From Deltaproteobacteria bacterium (GTDB lineage Bacteria > Desulfobacterota > Syntrophobacteria > BM002), in assembly GCA_020353215.1 (NCBI GenBank), contig CP070692.1, positions 139 through 64,138 of the forward strand: a stretch of 64,000 bases of DNA, read 5' to 3'. Under the pieces are notes generated by a model. It had not been told where the DNA came from, did not search any database, and worked only from the letters and a program-made list of their open reading frames with translations. Shown piece by piece: positions 1-9,119 of this stretch. A program made the translations under genes and the position numbers. The number at the start of each line of letters is the position of its first letter. Position 1 is the first letter of the stretch.

Positions 1-151
1 CGCGAATTGCTCGTTGCGGAGTAGCCTTCCCCTATGCCGGGCTCGCTAATGACATGTTTGGGGAAAGTCCTGTCGTTTTCCTTCTTGCCAGGGGACATGA
101 ACTTACAGTATATGAAGCACTCTACCTTGTAGTTGAAAGAGTTGAGGTCAG

Positions 152-320
152 GTCTTGAATTATAAGTTTTTCGGAGATGACATTTTACTATTTTGCTACG
201 GGCTGAGTAATGGATATCAAATGTCTAGCTAATCCTGAGTCACAGTAGTGTCGCCATGTTGGAGGATCTTGGGGGAATCCTGTTTTGTGAGAACTTATGA
301 TTCAAGACTTTTATTTTTTG
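152..320 (+). other. Long-range hairpin (about 20-bp stem, about 120-nt interior) followed by a T-tract; candidate sRNA 3' end or MITE-like element
   Basis: GTCTTGAATTATAAGTT (152-168) pairs with AACTTATGATTCAAGAC (292-308). The only imperfection is a U:G wobble on the + strand. TTTTATTTTTT follows at 309-319. The flank is AT-rich and non-coding. Confidence 0.3.
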
Positions 321-430
321 CTTTGGAGTTCGCTTTATTGGCAGGCACAGAGGCCTGCCCTACCATGATAAGGTAGAGCGGGCGTTTCGCGCGACTACCT
401 TGAGACCAGATCCGATTTTGAGTTCATTTC

Positions 431-1036
431 ATGATTCGGGCCATCATCTTCGATTTCGGGAGGGTCATTTCGGCCCCAAAGCCCCCATTCCTGTTTCAGT
501 GCTACGAGGAGGATCTGAGACTGACTCCCGGCACCATAAACCGGATCATGTTCTCCAGTCAGGCCTGGCAGGACGCCCTGCTCGGCCAGAAAACGGCAAA
601 AGAGTTCTGGTATGCCATCGGACCGAAGCTTGGGTTGAAAAATCCGGCAGCAATAGAGTCCTTCCGCCGCCGCTACCATGATGACGAGGCCATCAACGAG
701 GGAGTACTGGAGCTGCTAAATAGTTTGCGCGGCCGTTACAGGCTAGCCGTACTCTCCAACTCACCGCCGGGGCTGTCCCGCTGGCTGGCGGAGTGGCGAA
801 TACAAGAGCTGTTCCAGGTGGTGTTCTGCTCCGGAGACGAGGGTTTGGCCAAACCGAATCCGGCTGCTTTCGAGGTAACACTGGAACGATTGGGTGTGGA
901 GGCTGAGGAAGCTGTTTTTATCGACGATACCCTGGAACACGTGGAGGCCGCCCGGAAGCTGGGACTTCACGGGATACACTTCACAACCGCCGAGGACCTG
1001 AGGGAGGAGCTGAAGGATTTACTCGCTCTGCAATGA
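431..1036 (+). CDS. HAD-superfamily hydrolase (subfamily IA-like)
   Basis: 201-aa ORF. HAD motifs are IIFDFGRVI (motif I), VLSNS (motif II), K...GLAKPNP and FIDD (motif IV). Confidence 0.85.
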   Translation: MIRAIIFDFGRVISAPKPPFLFQCYEEDLRLTPGTINRIMFSSQAWQDALLGQKTAKEFWYAIGPKLGLKNPAAIESFRRRYHDDEAINEGVLELLNSLRGRYRLAVLSNSPPGLSRWLAEWRIQELFQVVFCSGDEGLAKPNPAAFEVTLERLGVEAEEAVFIDDTLEHVEAARKLGLHGIHFTTAEDLREELKDLLALQ

Positions 1037-1039
1037 GGC

Positions 1040-1687
1040 GTGGGCATGAGACCTTTTCTGATTGTTGTGTCAGCCTTCATGTTGGGTTTTGTCGCCGCAA
1101 TCCCGGCCGGCCCGGTACAGATCGAGGTGGCCAGAAGATCGATCAACGGCCGTCTTGAGTCTTCCCTTATGGTCATCCTTGGTGCTTTTGTCGTCGATAT
1201 TTTCTATGGTGTCATCGCATTTTTCGGCATCGCTCCCTTTTTGGAGAAAAAGGCGGTAATGGCCGTGTTTTGGTTAGTTGGAGCCGCTTTCCTGCTGACT
1301 CTTTCATTTGTCGTAATCAAGGACAGCGCAAAACACTCTGAATTCGATGCGGAGGTAAAACATTTAACGAAGAAGAGATGGGGTCTTGTTAGCGGGTTGA
1401 CCCTTTCGGTGGTAAATCCCATGATGATATTATGGTGGCTCATGGGACAACGTCTGTTCATGGATATTGGATTGATAACAGACTTCACTGATTATATTGC
1501 TGTTTCGTTTCTTCTGGCTGGTGGGGTCGGTCTTGCTTCTTACCTTACACTGTTGTCTGTCTTCCTTTACTGGACAAAAAGATTCATTTCATTGCCTAAA
1601 ATGCGTTGGATCAACTTGTCCTTTGGAGTTGTTCTATTTTTGCTAGCAGTGTATTTTGCCGTGATGTCTATTCAAGCCCTTGTATGA
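1040..1687 (+). CDS. LysE/RhtB-type translocator-like membrane protein
   Basis: 215-aa ORF with about 6 hydrophobic helices. The N-terminus FMLGFVAAIPAGPVQ resembles the LysE-family signature. It starts 4 nt after the HAD gene. Confidence 0.65.
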   Translation: MGMRPFLIVVSAFMLGFVAAIPAGPVQIEVARRSINGRLESSLMVILGAFVVDIFYGVIAFFGIAPFLEKKAVMAVFWLVGAAFLLTLSFVVIKDSAKHSEFDAEVKHLTKKRWGLVSGLTLSVVNPMMILWWLMGQRLFMDIGLITDFTDYIAVSFLLAGGVGLASYLTLLSVFLYWTKRFISLPKMRWINLSFGVVLFLLAVYFAVMSIQALV

Positions 1688-1740
1688 GGATGGCCTCTGC
1701 TGCCTACCTCTTCTTACCTCTACTCGGTTGGTACCCGAGA

Positions 1741-2766
1741 TTAGTCTTTCTTCGGAGTGTTATCTCTTTGGAACCCGTTGGCGACGAGATCTCCTTTTTC
1801 ATTAAAGATCACCTCGTATAGGAACGGCTTTCGCCCTTGGACGGAACCGAAGCGCAAATCAAAAAAAGTAACCCTCTGTTGGCCGTTGACAGCTCCCTCA
1901 TCCCTGACGATTGGAAAGCGGGCAAACCAGAGGAAGGTCTCAACGCCTTCCACCGTTAGAGCCCGTTTTACCCAAGGGGAATCGTCGAACTGATTGAAAG
2001 CCTCATAGACGACTAGTGGAGTGGGCTGATACTTGGCCCACACCCGGGCGAAAAAGTTTCCAGCTTCACTGGGGTCCCGCTCCTGGGTGCCAATCAGGCG
2101 TACCAACCCTTTGTAAATCTTGTCCTGGGTGACAACATAGTTCGCCCAATGAAAAGGTGAGAGGGGCTGAGGCAGGGATGCGATCTCCTCGGCATGAAGG
2201 CCCCGCTCACGAGCGTGGTTTTCGGCCAAAGACAAGGCCCAAAAATGACTCCCCGCGCATATCGAAATATACAGGGCTGCTAGGGTCACTGAGATCCTCG
2301 CAATGGTTCTACTTCTGTTTCGCCATATTAAGACGGCAATCGTGGAAGAAAAAAGGATACCGGTTAGGAATAAATCGATGATGAAAACCCAGTCCAAGGC
2401 GAAGCGTTGAGTGGACAGGGGGCTAAGGATCATCGTGCCAAACGAGGTGATGAGGTCCAGGAAGGTATGGATCAAGATCTCCACTAGCCAGATGACGAAG
2501 AATGTCCAGAATCTCCTCTTGCCTGAGATTCTTGTAAACAGCCAGGCAAAAAGGAGGGAAAACGGAACAACCAGAAAGATCGAGTTGGTCAATCCCCGAT
2601 GGTGTCGCAGGACAAACTCAGTGCCGAAAAATCCACCGACGAGGTTGTCGACATCCGGGAAGAGGGAAGCGGTGACGCCGGCGATCACTCCCCATCTTCC
2701 GGTATCCTTGGTCAAACCAGTCTTGGCAACAATGTAGCCGGCAAAGCCGTGGGTGACGGTATCCAT
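1741..2766 (-). CDS. Membrane-bound metal-dependent hydrolase (YdjM/DUF457-like) with C-terminal soluble extension
   Basis: 341-aa ORF. The N-terminus MDTVTHGFAGYIV is followed by His-rich TM helices (RHHRGLTNS, HTFLDLITSFG), typical of DUF457. Confidence 0.7.
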   Translation of the reverse strand: MDTVTHGFAGYIVAKTGLTKDTGRWGVIAGVTASLFPDVDNLVGGFFGTEFVLRHHRGLTNSIFLVVPFSLLFAWLFTRISGKRRFWTFFVIWLVEILIHTFLDLITSFGTMILSPLSTQRFALDWVFIIDLFLTGILFSSTIAVLIWRNRSRTIARISVTLAALYISICAGSHFWALSLAENHARERGLHAEEIASLPQPLSPFHWANYVVTQDKIYKGLVRLIGTQERDPSEAGNFFARVWAKYQPTPLVVYEAFNQFDDSPWVKRALTVEGVETFLWFARFPIVRDEGAVNGQQRVTFFDLRFGSVQGRKPFLYEVIFNEKGDLVANGFQRDNTPKKD

Positions 2767-2841
2767 GCAAAAGAATATAATGCTTCACTGGGGTAGATTT
2801 CAATCCCGTCCGGTAAACTGATCTTTACCCACAAGTGGGAC

Positions 2842-3101
2842 TGCTGGACACAGGGGGTGGTGGAACCATTGGAGTGGCAATGGGGTCTCTTCTTTCGTTC
2901 CGAGGCTCCCAACCCGGCCACTTCTAACGCGTCTGCGGCCAGGGGAAGGCGTCCCCGCCTTGTTTCCCGTTCCTATGGAACGGGACCAAGGGCTCCCCTA
3001 GCCGCAAACGCGGAAGTGGCACGGGCCTCCCGCCAGTCACTGCAGAAGAGGCTCCATTGCCCCTCTTGAGGGAGCAGATGAGGCACCCCCTGTGTCCAGC
3101 A
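2842..3101 (+). ncRNA. Candidate structured RNA or long imperfect palindrome (rod-like; closing stems, large internal loop, terminal stem with 3-way apex)
   Basis: Nested helices are 2842-2859/3084-3101 (18 bp, perfect), 2871-2892/3045-3066 (22 bp with 3 G:U wobbles that only pair on the + strand), and 2917-2924/3013-3020, 2928-2939/3001-3012 and 2941-2946/2994-2999. Apical hairpins lie at 2947-2960 and 2965-2985. No credible ORF is present. Confidence 0.3.
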
Positions 3102-3244
3102 CCAATGTGGGATATGGTCAGTCCGGAAGAGGGGGGCAGAAGGTAAACCCAGTTGTGGCACCACTGATAGGGCGATGCCCACACTTGTGACAGTAAGCAA
3201 ATGTTATCGTTGGCAGTGACATGGCTCAAGGAGGATCAATCAGC

Positions 3245-4315
3245 ATGAGAAAGACGATCATTGTTGTATTGACAACCTTCCTACTGTCGGGATGTGTGAG
3301 AGAAGATCGCTCGCTGGAACGCGATGATGGTCGTTTTGTGGACCGGCAGATGAAAAACGTTACCCAGTTGACATTCGAGGGTGACAACGGCGAGGCCTAC
3401 TTCAGCCGCGACGGTCTCAGACTCATCTACCAATCAAACCGGGACGCGTATGGTTGCGATAAAATCTGGATCATGAACGTTGACGGTTCTGACAAACGGA
3501 TGGTCAGTCCTCCACATGGAGCCCACACCTGTTCTTTCTTTTTTCCAGACGGAGAGAAGATACTCTTTGCCTCAACCAGTCATCTTCCCGGGGATTGTCC
3601 ACCGAGACCCAAACGTCCGCACACCGTTCACTTTATCTGGCCGCTGTTTCCGTACGATATCTTTGTTGCCAATGCTGACGGATCCGGCTTGAAACGGATC
3701 ACCGATAGCCCCAAGTACGATGCCGAACCTATTGTTTCTCCTGATGGGAGCCAGATCGTGTTCGGCTCTCAGAGGGACGGGGATTTCGATATCTATATTA
3801 TGAACGCGGACGGCTCACGTGTGCGAAGGTTGACGGATCGGGTGGGATACGACGGGGGCCCCTGGTTTTCACCGGATGGGAAGAGGATCGTCTGGCGGGC
3901 CTGGTATCCGGAGACCGAAGAAGAATTGGCCTTATGGCGAGACTGCATGGAAAACGACTACATCGTCGGGGTCCCTCTGGACATCTGGGTCATGGATGTA
4001 GACGGTGGGAACAAGGTGAGACTGACGCAAAATGGTGCTACTAACTGGGCACCTTCATGGCATCCAGACGGAAACCGGATCATCTTTTCAAGCAACATGG
4101 ACGATTGGCACGCTGATATAGAGAAGTTCGGCCATAACTTTGAACTCTACCTGATCAAGGTTGACCGCACGGGTCTGGAAAGAATCACGTTCAACAATGT
4201 GTTCGACAGCTTCCCGATGTTCTCCCCGGATGGGAGGAAACTCGTATTTGCCTCGAACAGAAACCCTGAAAAACCCCGTGCCACAGATATCTTCATCGCC
4301 GACTGGGTTGAGTAG
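3245..4315 (+). CDS. TolB-like WD40/PD40 beta-propeller lipoprotein
   Basis: AAGGAGG lies 10 nt upstream of the ATG at 3245. The lipobox is LLSGC. PD40 signatures repeat (FSRDG, FFPDG, VSPDG, FSPDG, WHPDG, FSPDG). Confidence 0.85.
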   Translation: MRKTIIVVLTTFLLSGCVREDRSLERDDGRFVDRQMKNVTQLTFEGDNGEAYFSRDGLRLIYQSNRDAYGCDKIWIMNVDGSDKRMVSPPHGAHTCSFFFPDGEKILFASTSHLPGDCPPRPKRPHTVHFIWPLFPYDIFVANADGSGLKRITDSPKYDAEPIVSPDGSQIVFGSQRDGDFDIYIMNADGSRVRRLTDRVGYDGGPWFSPDGKRIVWRAWYPETEEELALWRDCMENDYIVGVPLDIWVMDVDGGNKVRLTQNGATNWAPSWHPDGNRIIFSSNMDDWHADIEKFGHNFELYLIKVDRTGLERITFNNVFDSFPMFSPDGRKLVFASNRNPEKPRATDIFIADWVE

Positions 4316-4344
4316 TCTTGAGATCACTTCCATTGAGAGAAAAT

Positions 4345-7300
4345 ATGAAGCGACTGTATTCAGCAATATTGTTCCTGCTGACGCTGACCCTTAGCCCAGA
4401 CTGCTTGGAGGCCCACGAGTTGGTCCGACACCACCTTAGGATCATGCTCTATCCGGACGAGAACAGACTCGTTGCGGAAGACACGATCACCGTACCCGCA
4501 GGTCTCGTCAAGGGAGCACGATTTCTCTTGCACGAGGGACTGAACCCCTCGTCTCCCACCCCGGGTGTTGAGATTGCACGAGAGACGCGGATGACCGGAG
4601 ACGTTCCGGTGGAATCGTTCAAGATTCGTCTCCCGCCGGGTAAAAATGCGTTTGTACTCAGATACGGTGGAAAGATTCACCACCCCCTCGAAGGTTACGG
4701 CAAGGAGCGAGCTCGAGGTTTCAGGCGGACTTCGGGTATCATCGCCGGAAACGGCGTCTATCTGGCCGGTAGTTCCTCCTGGTATCCGAGGTTTAGTGAG
4801 TCACTGGTGACCTTTACCCTTAGAGTCGAGTTGCCAGGAAATTGGGATGCGGTAGGCCAGGGTAGTAGGACCCTACATGTTCGCAACGAGGATCAGACTT
4901 TGGTGCAGTGGGAATCGCCAGAGCCGCAGGAAGGTATCTTTGTGGTTGCCGCACCTTTCGTGGAGTACACCCAGGCGGCAGGCAGGGTTGAAGCCATGGT
5001 CTTTCTGCGCGCTCCGGACGAAGAGCTGGCAGACAAGTACCTGGACGCCACGGTGCGATACCTGGCTCTGTACGAGAAGCTCATCGGTCCTTACCCGTAC
5101 AAGAAATTTGCCCTGGTGGAGAACTTCTGGGAGACAGGTTTTGGAATGCCCTCCTTTACGCTCCTCGGGTCTAAGATCATCCGATTTCCTTTCATACTTT
5201 ACTCCTCCTACCCTCACGAAATCCTTCATAACTGGTGGGGAAACAGTGTTTTTCCCGATTACAACAGGGGAAATTGGGCCGAAGGACTGACCGCCTATCT
5301 CTCCGACCACCTTCTGAAGGAGATGCGAGGCAATGGCGGGGAGTACCGACAGCAGACACTTCAGAAATACGCGGACTATGTGCTGAAAGAGCGGGATTTT
5401 CCCCTTACCCAATTCCTTTCCAGACACAGCTCTTCCTCCGAGGCCGTGGGTTACGGGAAATCCCTCATGTTCTTTCACATGCTGCGCCAAGAACTAGGCG
5501 ATGAAACCTTTGTGCGAGGTCTTCAAGAGTTCTTCAAAACACACAAGTTCAAGCTGGCGTCGTTTGAAGATCTTGGTAAGAGTTTCGAGGCGGTTTCCGG
5601 AAAGGAGTTGGGGGATTATTTGGGCCAGTGGCTGACTCGGGCAGGTGCACCGGCGCTGAAGGTAAGTCGTGCAGAAGCCAGGATTGAAGGAGACGGCTAT
5701 GTTCTAACCGGACTTTTGGAACAGGTGCAGTCAGAGAGTCCATACCGTCTGCGCATTCCGGTCGCCATTACCATGGAAGGTCAGGCCCAAACCCATCAGA
5801 CTGTCGTGGTTATGGAGAAGAGAAAACGGCGGCTGGAACTCAACCTGCCTGCCCGGCCCTTGAGGCTCGATGTGGACCCTGAGTTCGACGTGTTCCGCAG
5901 GTTGGACCGTGACGAGATTCCCCCTGCCTTGACTCAGGCCTTTGGAGCGAGGAAGATGCTCATACTTCTGCCCTCTAGAGCCGAGAGAGGTCAGCTTCGC
6001 GGATACTGGAAGCTTGCCGAAGCCCTTGGTCAGTCCGGGCCGGGTGAAGTGGAGGTAAAGCTCGATACTCAGGTGGATCAACTTCCGTCGGAGCGTGGAG
6101 TGATCCTATTAGGGTGGGATAACCTTTTCTTAAGCGAGATTCTCTCTGCGTTGTCAGAATATGATCTGACCATCAGAGACAACATAGTGTCCATCGACTC
6201 GACTCAAATCCCACGAGATAACCACTCAGTAGTACTAACTGCAAGGCAACCCAAGAGTAAGGATCTGTCCCTGATGTGGGTTGCGTCAGACGTGCTTGAA
6301 GCCCTCCCGGGCCTGGGACGGAAACTACCACACTACCACAAGTACAGCTATCTTGCCTTCCGAGGCCAGGAGCCCACCATTGTGACCAAGGGCAGATGGC
6401 CGGTCCGTTCATCACCCATGACCGTATTCTTGCCCCACGAAAACGGCACAATATCTGGGGTGGAAAGGGGAAGACTGGCCTCTCGGGAGCCTCTGGCAAC
6501 CCTTCCCCCCGTCTTTTCCACAAAGCGGATGATGGAGACGGTGCGCATCCTCTCCAATGACGCACTCCGTGGACGGGGGTTTGGCACTGAAGGGCTTGAC
6601 CGCGCGGCTGAATTTATCGCGGCGAGATTCAGACAGGCTGGTCTCAAGCCGGCGGGGGACGCAAGCGGGAACTATTTTCAGACCTGGGAAGATATGGGGG
6701 GAGATCCAGAGCGCAGGGTCACCATGAGAAACGTTGTGGGGGTAATCCCGGCGAAAAATGGTGAGCATGAAGCCCAGAGCGTTGTCGTGGGAGCCCATTA
6801 CGACCACCTTGGGTTGGGCTGGCCGGATGTGAGACAACAAAACAGAGGGAAAATCCATCATGGTGCCGACGATAATGGTAGTGGGGTCGCAGTGCTCATT
6901 GAACTTGCTCGGGTGCTAGGCGAGAGTCCGAAGCCACACCGCAGTGTGGTGTTTGTGGCTTTCACCGGAGAGGAAGCAGGAAGGAAGGGCTCTAGGTACT
7001 ATGTGGCCCACCAGCAGAGGTACCCTTTGGAGCAATGCGTCGGGATGCTCAATCTGGATACGGTAGGACGCCTCGGCAAAAACAAACTGCTCGTGCTGGG
7101 AACCGGTTCGGCTAGGGAGTGGATGCACATCTTTAGAGGGGTCGGTTTTGCTACCGGTGTCCAAGTTGAAACCGTGTCCGAGGAACTGGATTCCAGCGAC
7201 CAAAGAAGTTTCCAAGAGGCTGGAATTCCGGCGGTCCAGCTATTTACAGGACCTCATTCGGACTACCACCGTCCCAGCGATACAGTGGACAGAATAGATG

Positions 7301-7689
7301 CTGAGGGACTCGCAAAAGTGGCGGCCATCGCCAAGGAGGTAGTTGAATATCTTGCTGGGCGCGAGGAACCTATGACAAGCTCGTTAACACCTGGCAGAGA
7401 AGTTGAGTCAACTACCAAAAGAAAGCGGAACGTCAGCCTCGGCACCATCCCTGACTTCGCTTACCGCGGACATGGTTTTCGCCTCTCCGGCGTGGTGCCG
7501 GGTTCTCCGGCTGAGTCTTCCGGTCTCAAGGAAGGAGATGTGATCGTAAGAATCGATGCAGATGCTGTCTCCAGCCTGCAAGATTTCTCCAATATCCTCA
7601 AGGCATTAAAGCCCGGCGACCGGATTTCCATCACCTTCATGCGCGCTGGGAGGAAAACGACCGTGGAGGCGACTTTAAAGGCGAGGTAG
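4345..7689 (+). CDS. Secreted fusion peptidase: M1 (gluzincin) domain + M28 aminopeptidase domain + C-terminal PDZ
   Basis: Signal peptide MKRLYSAILFLLTLTL. The M1 motif is HEILHNWWGN...WAEGLT. The M28 motifs are GAHYDHLG, DDNGSGVAVLIELAR and FTGEEAG. The PDZ motif is GSPAESSGLKEGDVIV. The ORF frame opens 2 nt after the TolB-like stop. Confidence 0.85.
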   Translation: MKRLYSAILFLLTLTLSPDCLEAHELVRHHLRIMLYPDENRLVAEDTITVPAGLVKGARFLLHEGLNPSSPTPGVEIARETRMTGDVPVESFKIRLPPGKNAFVLRYGGKIHHPLEGYGKERARGFRRTSGIIAGNGVYLAGSSSWYPRFSESLVTFTLRVELPGNWDAVGQGSRTLHVRNEDQTLVQWESPEPQEGIFVVAAPFVEYTQAAGRVEAMVFLRAPDEELADKYLDATVRYLALYEKLIGPYPYKKFALVENFWETGFGMPSFTLLGSKIIRFPFILYSSYPHEILHNWWGNSVFPDYNRGNWAEGLTAYLSDHLLKEMRGNGGEYRQQTLQKYADYVLKERDFPLTQFLSRHSSSSEAVGYGKSLMFFHMLRQELGDETFVRGLQEFFKTHKFKLASFEDLGKSFEAVSGKELGDYLGQWLTRAGAPALKVSRAEARIEGDGYVLTGLLEQVQSESPYRLRIPVAITMEGQAQTHQTVVVMEKRKRRLELNLPARPLRLDVDPEFDVFRRLDRDEIPPALTQAFGARKMLILLPSRAERGQLRGYWKLAEALGQSGPGEVEVKLDTQVDQLPSERGVILLGWDNLFLSEILSALSEYDLTIRDNIVSIDSTQIPRDNHSVVLTARQPKSKDLSLMWVASDVLEALPGLGRKLPHYHKYSYLAFRGQEPTIVTKGRWPVRSSPMTVFLPHENGTISGVERGRLASREPLATLPPVFSTKRMMETVRILSNDALRGRGFGTEGLDRAAEFIAARFRQAGLKPAGDASGNYFQTWEDMGGDPERRVTMRNVVGVIPAKNGEHEAQSVVVGAHYDHLGLGWPDVRQQNRGKIHHGADDNGSGVAVLIELARVLGESPKPHRSVVFVAFTGEEAGRKGSRYYVAHQQRYPLEQCVGMLNLDTVGRLGKNKLLVLGTGSAREWMHIFRGVGFATGVQVETVSEELDSSDQRSFQEAGIPAVQLFTGPHSDYHRPSDTVDRIDAEGLAKVAAIAKEVVEYLAGREEPMTSSLTPGREVESTTKRKRNVSLGTIPDFAYRGHGFRLSGVVPGSPAESSGLKEGDVIVRIDADAVSSLQDFSNILKALKPGDRISITFMRAGRKTTVEATLKAR

Positions 7690-7790
7690 GGAAGTGTGAA
7701 GGGCAGTATTGCGGTAGATGTGGGGCTGCCCCGTGTACCACGCGGAGTGCTTTTGGAAGCTGTTCAGATCAGGCAACGATACGGAGAGGT

Positions 7791-9119
7791 TCAAAGATGC
7801 TTTGACAGGGATATTTGGAATATGGTGCCCCGCTCCACGCCAGGAGTCGCCCAAACCATGCCCTGGTGCCGCTCTGCAATCTCTCTTACGATGGCCAACC
7901 CAAGTCCAGCGCCATCGACAGCCTTGGATGCCTCATCCCGCCGAAAGGCCCTGAAAATCCCTTCGTAGTCTCCCCCTCGAATGCCGGCACCGTTGTCGCT
8001 TACGGCAAGGATGTGGTGCTCCTTTGATTGCTCATAAGCAATTCTGATCTCACTCAAGGTGTCTCCGCCGTGTTTCAGTGCGTTTTCTACAAAATTCCTG
8101 AAAACCCGGAGCAGGGACGGCTTGTCCGCCTTGATGCTGCCCGGGGCTTCAGGTTCCAACCACTCGATTTGACGGCTGGTTAATTGAGGAGAGAATTCGT
8201 CTCTAATGACCTTGAAAATCTCTTTAAGGCTAATTTTCTCCAGTTCAAGCGGTGCCTCCTTGGCTGCGATATACACATTGATCTTTTCTACTAGGGCAGC
8301 AACATGTTCGGAAGCCTTCAATATTTGAGCACAGTAGTTGCTGCCCCTTTCGTCGAGACCGTGGCTGTAGTTTCTATGAAGAAGCTCTGTCAGCCCGTAG
8401 ATGGCCGTTGCCGGACTCTTAAGATCGTGTATTACCGAATAGGCGAAAAACCTGAGTTTCTCTGAACTGTTTCGTAAAGCTTGCTCGACAAGTTTTCGCT
8501 CCGCGATCTCAAGCCGCAATTCGTCATTGGCTCTCGCAAGCTCAGCCGTTCGCTCCTCAATGCGAATCTCCAGTTCGTCATGCGCCTGGAGCAACGCCTC
8601 CTCTGCTAGTCTACGCCCATCTATTTCGCGCTTCAGTTGTTCGTTGGCTTGAGTCAGCTCTGTGGTCCGTTCCTCAACTCTCCTTTCCAACTGGTCATGA
8701 GCTTGCTGGAGTGCTTTTTCCGCCTTTTTCCTTTCGTAGTCCAACTTCTTCATGCTGAGGGCGTTTTCTACCGTGGTTAGCAATTCCTCGAGGTCAAAAG
8801 GTTTTCTTAGGTAGTCATAGACACCTTTGCGCAACGATTCTACGACTGAATCTGTTGAAGCATAGCCGGTCATGACAATAATGGAGGTGGTCAGACCTTG
8901 GCCACGAATAAAATCCATGACTTGATCACCTCCCACCTTCGGCATAACCATGTCCAGCAGGATAAGATCGAAGTCACCTTGGGCAACCAATTCAATGGCT
9001 TCTTTGCCACCATTTACTGCAGTTATCTCGTAGCCGCGACCGCTCAAGAATGTCTTCAAGCTATCACACAGCCGGGGTTCATCATCAACAATCAAGACCT
9101 TGGACGTAACCGACATCAT
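7791..9119 (-). CDS. Hybrid response regulator / histidine kinase (REC - duplicated coiled coil - HisKA - HATPase_c)
   Basis: REC motifs VLIVDDE...ILLDMVMP. Two ERTxEL..AN..L..EI coiled-coil repeats. H-box SVIHDLKSP. N/G boxes ENALKHGG, DNGAGI and GAGLGLAIV. Confidence 0.85.
   Translation of the reverse strand: MMSVTSKVLIVDDEPRLCDSLKTFLSGRGYEITAVNGGKEAIELVAQGDFDLILLDMVMPKVGGDQVMDFIRGQGLTTSIIVMTGYASTDSVVESLRKGVYDYLRKPFDLEELLTTVENALSMKKLDYERKKAEKALQQAHDQLERRVEERTTELTQANEQLKREIDGRRLAEEALLQAHDELEIRIEERTAELARANDELRLEIAERKLVEQALRNSSEKLRFFAYSVIHDLKSPATAIYGLTELLHRNYSHGLDERGSNYCAQILKASEHVAALVEKINVYIAAKEAPLELEKISLKEIFKVIRDEFSPQLTSRQIEWLEPEAPGSIKADKPSLLRVFRNFVENALKHGGDTLSEIRIAYEQSKEHHILAVSDNGAGIRGGDYEGIFRAFRRDEASKAVDGAGLGLAIVREIAERHQGMVWATPGVERGTIFQISLSKHL

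Noticed and set aside
1-98. Possible minus-strand gene start (MSPGKKENDRTFPKHVISEPGIGEGY...) running off the left edge
   Set aside because: Only 32 codons are visible, with no RBS and no recognisable motif, so it cannot be supported.
2917-2950. Cobalamin-riboswitch-like fragment (GCCACT...GGGAAGGC)
   Set aside because: Only this short string resembles the B12 element. The other conserved blocks (AGGGAA, GGTGNGAANCC, GCNGCCCCCGCAAC-like) are absent on either strand, and the downstream genes are unrelated to cobalamin.
3113-3150. SRP (4.5S) RNA-like string GGTCAGTCCGGAAGAGGGGGGCAGAAGG
   Set aside because: It resembles GGUCAGGUCCGGAAGGAAGCAGCC. However, the residues flanking the GGAA tetraloop cannot form the domain IV helix, and no complementary 3' strand is present.
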